A stretch of 63,395 nucleotides of DNA, filler included, from Collodictyon triciliatum (Eukaryota), in the NCBI GenBank assembly GCA_043381765.1. It is 7 parts of 7 records of this genome, joined end to end, with 100 filler letters (N's around TTAATTAATTAA, not from the genome) between each part and the next. Parts side by side here need not be neighbours in the genome. Positions count along the whole stretch, not along the records: positions 56,008 to 60,668 come from JBHJMP010000234.1; positions 60,769 to 63,395 come from JBHJMP010000322.1; 5 more parts are not named here. One strand, written 5' to 3'. Below the pieces are notes generated by a model. That model was given only the letters and a program-made list of their open reading frames with translations, ran no database searches and was not told the origin of the DNA. The position numbers and the translations under genes are program-made. The first letter of the stretch is position 1; the number at the start of each line of letters is the position of its first letter. This document shows, in pieces, positions 56,678 to 63,395 of this stretch.

Positions 56678-59600
56678 CCCCATTAGTTAATTGATTGGCA
56701 TGTATAATGGCTTAAAATAATCGCCTTTAAAACAAATCTCATTAGCTGAATCCGTCTCTAAAATTCCAGAGGCCAAAAGTTCCGCAAGGAACGGTGAAGA
56801 AGGCCGCCAAACAAGTATATTCTTTTAACGGATATGAATACTATTAATTTATATCAGAGATTCTGACTCAATATCACAAAGTCTTTGTATATGTCTAATA
56901 GATTGGAATTTACTCTCTTCTCTTTTCAAAGGGTTATTTATTCAAGAAAAGCCGTAATATGTCCATGAAGGAATGGAATCGCCGGTTTTTTGTAATAAGA
57001 GACGGGCACCTGATTTATTTCCGAAATCTCAAGGTGCGCAATTTCTTTAACCAAAACTTTACAATAATTTATTCCACCTTATCTTATTCTGAATGATAAT
57101 CTTCTTCACTATTTTATCTGTTTTGTATCCGAGGGAGTTTTAATATTTTTTTTTTTTTTTATAAAAGTACAATCGATTGCAAATTTATGGTATTCCAGGA
57201 ATCGACATTGTAAATAATGCTACTTTTGTTTTGGGCTTAAAGGAACCTGTCTCACGTGGCTCTGTTAATCTGTTGCTGTCCACGGTCAAAGAAGCAAACT
57301 ATCCTGAGCACCCTAATTGCTTTGAAGTGATATCAAATGAAACCACATATTGCCTCATGGTAAGCAGTGCACAATCACCATGACTAATCAATCCAAGTCT
57401 AACAATAATTTTCAGAAATGACTTGTATGGAATCATGAAACATACAACCTTCCATATGTTATCAAGATCCGAGGCACCGAATTTGGCAGGTTAAAAAAGC
57501 ATAATTAAGTTGCCTTATTGCCATTGCTATCGGTTTAGGCAGAGACGGAGGAAGATATGAAAGACTGGATACTAGCCATCCAAACAACTATCGGGAATCT
57601 CTTAGGCGCACTCCACATTTCTGACCACGGACCAGCCAGCGGGCGAGGGTAAATCAGCACATGCCATTTGCACTGCTCACACAGCTTATATTCCTAGCGT
57701 CTTAAAACCAGAAGATGAAATGATGCAAAATAGATATTTCTATGGGTTGCTTCTCTTGTTTCTCATGACATACTAGTTGGTTTGGATGGCACAAACTCAA
57801 TTGATTTGACCGACAAATAGAGGCGATGACCCTTTGACCATCGTTCGAGACTCCTCTCTTTCAAACTCCAAATGTGCCGACTGCGGAGCCGCAGGTGAAT
57901 TCGATATACATAAGGGGATGATGATACCACTTTATTTATTTTTTTATTTATTTATTTTTTTATTTATTTAAGGCGGTTCATAACCTGCTCTACTGTTTAT
58001 TTTCGTTTTGTTTTGCTTTTGTTTGCTCTTGTTTTGCTCTGTGTTGTGATTTGCAATTCGAATAGGTTAATTTTTGAAATTACACACTGTTCTTTTTTTT
58101 TTAAACCAAGCCAGTAAACTAAGCACGCATTGATGACATCTTTTCTGGTGTAGACCCGGACTGGGTTTCCATTAATATCGGTTGTGTCATTTGTATTGAA
58201 TGCTCCGGAATTCATCGAAGTCTTGGTGTGCACATAAGTAAAGTGCGGTCGCTAACCCTCGATCGCTTCGACAAGGACATTCTCAACGTACAATATTTTC
58301 TTTATCATGATTAATTTTTTTTAATATAACGCATAAGTCTAAAATCACCAAATTGAAAAAAAAAACTGAATTATTTTTGAAATCATGTTTTTTTTATTTG
58401 ACTTGCTTTTTGCACACATGCGCTTCCTATTTTTCTGTGTGTACATATCTAAGAACAACTGTCATTTTAGTATCTAAAGTCGATTGGTAACCAACTTGTA
58501 AATGATACATGGTCACCAGACATCGACCCTTCGTTGATTCCGACACCTACATCCGACAGGTTTCTTTTCTTCGTCATGAATGAATGACTTGTCACATTCC
58601 TGTCGAATCTCAAGCCTAACTTAATGCCAATCCAATAGGGCTACCAAGGAAGAGTTTATAAGGACAAAATACGTTTTGAAAAAATTCATCACAACCGATG
58701 ATTGTTCCCAGGATGCAATCGATGAGGTACACACCAGACCATTTATCCAAATTGTAAATAATCCACAAAAAATAAAATAAAAAATAATGCACAACATCAA
58801 CCACAAAATAATAGATAAATAATAGATAAATAATAGATAAATAATAGATAAATAATAGATAAATAATAGATAAATAATAGATAAATAATAGATAAATAAT
58901 AGATAAATCACCCATAAAATCACCCATAAAATCACCCATAAAATCACCCATAAAATCACCCATAAAATCACCCATAAAATCACCCATAAAATCACCCATA
59001 AAAATCACCCATAAAAATCACCCATAAAAATCACCCATAAAAATCACCCATAAAAATCACCCATAAAAATCACCCATAAAAATCACCCATAAAAATCATG
59101 TACGAGTAAAATCCACACGAAACAGCAACTGTACGAAAGCATCAGCAAAGGCAACTTTGTGCCTGCATACCAGCTGCTCGTGCGGGGCGGAGCCGTCGAC
59201 GCGGTACTGAGGGACCACCAGAGCCGCAGCCTGCTTCACGCGGCGGTGATCTGCAGCAGCCTGACGTGCGCAGACCTGCTGCTCATGAACGACGCACGCA
59301 CAGACACGTACGACAGCGACGGCCTTGCGCCCATCCACCACATTGTGCTGCAGAACGACACGGAGATGCTGCGCCTGTGCCTGCGCCGCGGCCTCCACTA
59401 CAACCTGCCTGTGACGGAAGGCGCGCACAAGGGCAAGACCGTGCTGGATCTCGTCCCCACAAACCTGTTCCAGTGCCTGCGGCTTCTTGGCGCGGCCTTT
59501 GCAGGCACCGACATTGACGCCGCCTTCGACTACGACGACCAGGTTTATGCCCCAGACGCAGACACGCGCGCCTTCTCCAGACCCATCGACATCCGCCGCC

Positions 59601-60112
59601 CGCCCGACGCCGAAGACCTCAGCTCCTCCTACTCGCTCGACAGCAGCCAGTCCAGCATCCTGGGCGCGGCCTCGGTCCACGAACACACCGCAGTTCTGCC
59701 GTCCATCCCGCCCCATTTCTCGCCATCACAATCACAATCACAATCACAGCCATCATTGTCGGTGTCGGTCCCGCCTTCGCCCCGGACGTGGTCGCTTTCC
59801 TCTCCGCGCGGCATCTCCTCCGTCATCAGCTCGGCGCGCAAGTGGACGCTGGGCGGCTCGGCTTCACAATCGGCTTCACAATCGGCTTCACAATCGGCTT
59901 CACAATCGGCCTCACAATCGTCTCCTCTGACCAATGTGCGCGTCCCGGTTTCTGCTGCTGATGGCGATGGTGATGGTGATGATGAGGATGTGGGCGATGC
60001 AGCCTCCAACTGTACAGAGTCCGTGGCAGAGGCGCCCCAGCAGAAGGAGCACGAGTCCCGTCCGAAGAGTCTCTTGACTCCGCGGCTTTTGCAGCGACTT
60101 CAGAATTCGTAG
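56008..60112 (+). CDS. ACAP/centaurin-beta-type ArfGAP (BAR-PH-ArfGAP-ankyrin), 5' truncated
   Basis: BAR-like ATFDYVRKMIDIEKRKQFEF; PH domain KQ|GYLFKKSRNMSMKEWNRRFFVI..NLLLSTVK..CFEVIS..|AETEEDMKDWI; ArfGAP CADCGAA|DPDWVSINIGCVICIECSGIHRSLGVHISKVRSLTLD; ankyrin SLLHAAV and APIHH; Ser-rich tail. Confidence 0.93.
58809..59097. repeat. Compound intronic minisatellite: 11-mer (AATAATAGATA) about 9 copies, then 12/13-mer (AATCACCCATAA/AAA) about 15 copies
   Basis: Directly visible in the last ACAP intron, ending about 30 bp before the acceptor. Confidence 0.92.
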
Positions 60113-60318
60113 TCTTCCTTGCCTGTCACCCTCGCTTGCGCAAATGAATTTGATTCCACACGAGTAGCACATGAGAAGAGATACAGTTTGCCTCGTTTTT
60201 TTTTTGTTTTGTTTTTTGCTTTGTTTTTGGGTGGATTGATCCGAAGGACAAACTGAGAACGAGAAGGTGGCGGGCTGCTTCTGAATGGAAAAAAGTAAAA
60301 ACAGAGAGCCCACAGAAG

Positions 60319-60504
60319 ATGAGTACTGTTCCTCCACTGGTGTTTCCGCCCATCAGCGGTGGAGTGCGATCCGACATCGGTGCTTCGGCGCCTACTGAAA
60401 GGACGGTGCGCTTGGATTTGCTCGACTCGGCCCGTGTTCAAAGAAATGCGAAGGCGCCGCACACTGAGGCCGAGTTGCACTGGGATCAGCTCACAAATAT
60501 GAAA
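60319..60504 (+). CDS. Probable first exon of an unidentified gene, truncated by the scaffold end
   Basis: ATG-initiated GC-rich frame MSTVPPLVFPPISGG..WDQLTNMK followed by GTATCG and an abrupt switch to AT-rich microsatellite sequence. Confidence 0.45.
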
Positions 60505-60980
60505 GTATCGCTATATAATTATTACCATTATTATTATTGTTATTACTATTACTATTATTACTATTACTATTACTATTATCATTATCATTATCATTATCAT
60601 TATCATTATCATTATCATTATCATTATCATTATCATTATCATTATCATTATCATTATCATTATCATTANNNNNNNNNNNNNNNNNNNNNNNNNNNNNNNN
60701 NNNNNNNNNNNNTTAATTAATTAANNNNNNNNNNNNNNNNNNNNNNNNNNNNNNNNNNNNNNNNNNNNTTTTTGTTTGTTTTTTTTGTTTGTTTTTTTGT
60801 TTGTTTTTCTGAGAAAAAAATTCTCAACACAATCCATTAATATTATCCATCTTAACTATACCTATCACTATCACTATGGAAAACAATAAAGTTTCATATG
60901 AAAGCCACTCTAAGAATTACCGCAAGAACTCTATTATCTTTTTGAATATACTACAATTTTCCAATAAAGTATTTGTCGGT

Positions 60981-63136
60981 TTAATTGGAGTTGTCTTTGG
61001 GCAGGTGCTGTGGTGGTTGCAGTGATATAGATTGTTGAATGTTCCGTATGATTCTGCTCTGCTGTTGTATTGCCGACTCCATCCTATCGAATCAAAAAAA
61101 TGTTATTTTCTTCATAAAAAAAGTATATGTTGTCAGCTTCGCGAACAGTACGATAAAATGAACTTTCAATAATAGTAAGTGAAGTAGAAAATAGAAGCCT
61201 TCCTTCGACTGCGGCCTTGTTCAATAACGTTAAGTATAGTATATATATATGGAACGTGTGTGAAGAAGCAAATAAGGAAAAGCTTTCACTTAATTCACAT
61301 GGTTAGAACGTATAAATGGTTTGAATAAGTAATCATCGCAAAGCTTTCACAACCTCTCCAACAAGAATAAATGCAGAGGTATTCACCTATCAAGTCTCGA
61401 ATTTAGGCGCTCCTCCATTTGAAGAATAATTCGAATCAAATCTTTTACTTCGTTGGTCGAGGAGTGAGGAAAGGTTGGTGATATCGCCGCAGATTTGCTG
61501 TCCGATGATTGAGTGGGCACTATGGCGTGAATTAGTATCTCATGATATACCTTGCATTATCTAAGAAATAGAAAGAGAAAAAAAAGAGTGTTCCAATTTC
61601 TGCGTTTTTTTATGTATATATTTCATTCGGATGGCTGATTAACGATAATACCTGGAAGTTCGCCAAACACTTGCCTCAGGTTTTGTAGTCGGTTTTGCTT
61701 TTCATCAATTATCACTTCTATATAAAGTGAGAGTATTAACAATATAAATGGCTGTTTATAATTCAGCAATAGCTACAACATTTCACTAAATATATATATA
61801 TTCAAGTAAATAGGCATATTTTTGTTGTTTGTTTTTTTTGGGGGGTTTTTTTTTGGGTTTTTTTTGGGTTTTTTTTGGGGGTTTTTTTTGGGGGTTTTTT
61901 TTGGGTTTTTTTTGGTTTTTTTGGTTTTTTTTTGGTTTTTTTTTGGTTTTTTTTNNNNNNNNNNNNNNNNNNNNNNNNNNNNNNNNNNNNNNNNNNNNNN
62001 NNNNNNNNNNNNNNNNNNNNNNNNNNNNNNNNNNNNNNNNNNNNNNNNNNNNNNTTTTTTTGTTTTTTTTTGGTTTTTTTTTTTTTTTTTTTTGGTTTTT
62101 TTTTGGTTTTTTTTTGGTTTTTTTTTGTTTTTTTTGGTTTTTTTTTGGTTTTTTGTCTTGTTCATTTCACGATGTGTAGAAGAGAACCAGTGGAGACTTT
62201 ATATTACATTATGTGCATATTATTTCATAAAATGTATATTTTATGACGCCATAGCACATATAAAAGAATAGTAAGTGAACAACTATAAACAAACAAAATA
62301 TTTCCGAAAAACCCCCACGTTTCTTCCATCGCAGGCAACTAATTTCTAGCGTATATAAAGCTGATAGTGAAGTGGAAAAAAGCCCTCTTTTCGGTGCAGG
62401 TTCTCCGGTGAGATGGAGACAGACTGAAAATATGTTTGGAAGGACTTGTTAAAACAGTCCAGATGATTAGAATAGATGTAGTAGTTATAAAAATGAATTG
62501 TGATAATAAAACAAAAGGTAGTAGCGATGTATGTATCCTTATTTTTCTACTGGAAATAAAACTCGAAGGGCCTCATTTGCACGCTCGACTCACTGTTATT
62601 AAAGAATTGAAGTCCTTTTGTCTTCTTTCCTTCGCTTTCCTACATTGAATAATCATGAAAACGGATGGTCACTCTTTATGTGGCACAAAATCCCTTAGTA
62701 AATTTTTCTGGTAGATGTTTTCAGTTTTTTTCTTAAAATCATTTCTGTATATTTTTGTTACACTGTGATTTAAATCTTTGGATAAAACTCCACATGAGAA
62801 AGCGTGACTTCAGCTCTGCTTTCGACCACTAAAAATACAAAAATCTTGCTGCAGCTTGAGCTTCCCACCACAAATGCGGTACTACAGGAGTTTTCATTTA
62901 TATATTAATTATCACCAGATGGAGCTTTGGTAGAAAAATATTTAAAATTGCGAATAAACACGATTATATTTTGTCACAAGTTGAAATTGAAGGCATTTTG
63001 ATATTATCTTCTGGTTTCAGTGGAAGAATTACCCATCAGGACTGATAGAGCAAACATCAGGATCTGTCATAGAGTTGTCCAACTCAATTTCTTGGTGAAC
63101 AACTAAGGATCGAGACTTTTTCTTCATCCAAATAAC
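60981..63136 (-). CDS. WD-like plus coiled-coil protein, WDCP (C2orf44)-like, 3' portion
   Basis: Spliced: HQEIELDNSMTDPDVCSISPDG|TAFVVGSSSCSKIFVF..TLSH|ESEGKKTKGLQFFNN|ICLHLTGE..FSTSLSALYTLEI..|..|..LQMEERLNSRLDR|MESAIQQQ..*. The motif order (PD..; S..C..I.V; PKGxxF; L.G; Y.I.L; coiled coil) recalls WDCP. Confidence 0.5.
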
Positions 63137-63360
63137 CTTGGCTCGTGGTAAAGAGGGTGCCATCTAGATACACCAATATATATAGTACCAAAAGGGTTTA
63201 TATATTTTAAAATATGTTTATCATTAACATTTACCTGCTGGATGTCAAACATATTTTGAATTGTCCGGTCGCTCTTTGGGTTTGGAATATGTTCTAATAA
63301 AAAAAATTTATGTACATATTTTGAAACAGGCAATCAAAAATCTTCTCTAAACCCCTTTTG

Positions 63361-63395
<35 letters not shown>

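Overview
Intron-dense eukaryotic DNA, most consistent with a flagellated, microsatellite-rich protist; the species cannot be named from this window. The window is not one locus. Six artificial spacers (N44-TTAATTAATTAA-N44) join seven scaffolds: 1-24364, 24465-32965, 33066-41784, 41885-48396, 48497-55907, 56008-60668 and 60769-63395. Manual splicing under the standard genetic code gives: a CDK11-like kinase, GOT1, UBC2/RAD6, an HDAC11-like deacylase, a CEP162-like protein, an LRRIQ1-like 3' part, a sugar-porter MFS transporter, tRNA-Ser(GCT), tRNA-Arg(TCG), a CRT-like transporter, an atypical SDR/epimerase, an APC7-like TPR protein, a MORN-repeat protein, an intronless GC-rich S8 subtilase, a CD36/LIMP-2-like protein, an ACAP-type ArfGAP and a WDCP-like 3' part. 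The most notable items are four. (1) A probable non-LTR retroelement sits antisense in the last CD36 intron, bracketed by an exact 103-bp duplication, with a second retroelement remnant on the same scaffold. (2) Splice signals are very degenerate: many AAG acceptors, a poly-A acceptor, GTT/GTC and GC donors, and 7-12 nt micro-exons, yet intron positions look ancestral. (3) The HDAC11 homologue has Phe in place of the catalytic Tyr. (4) The subtilase is intronless and bacterial-like. All family calls come from motif recognition, not database searches. I found no clear-cut novel multi-gene system.
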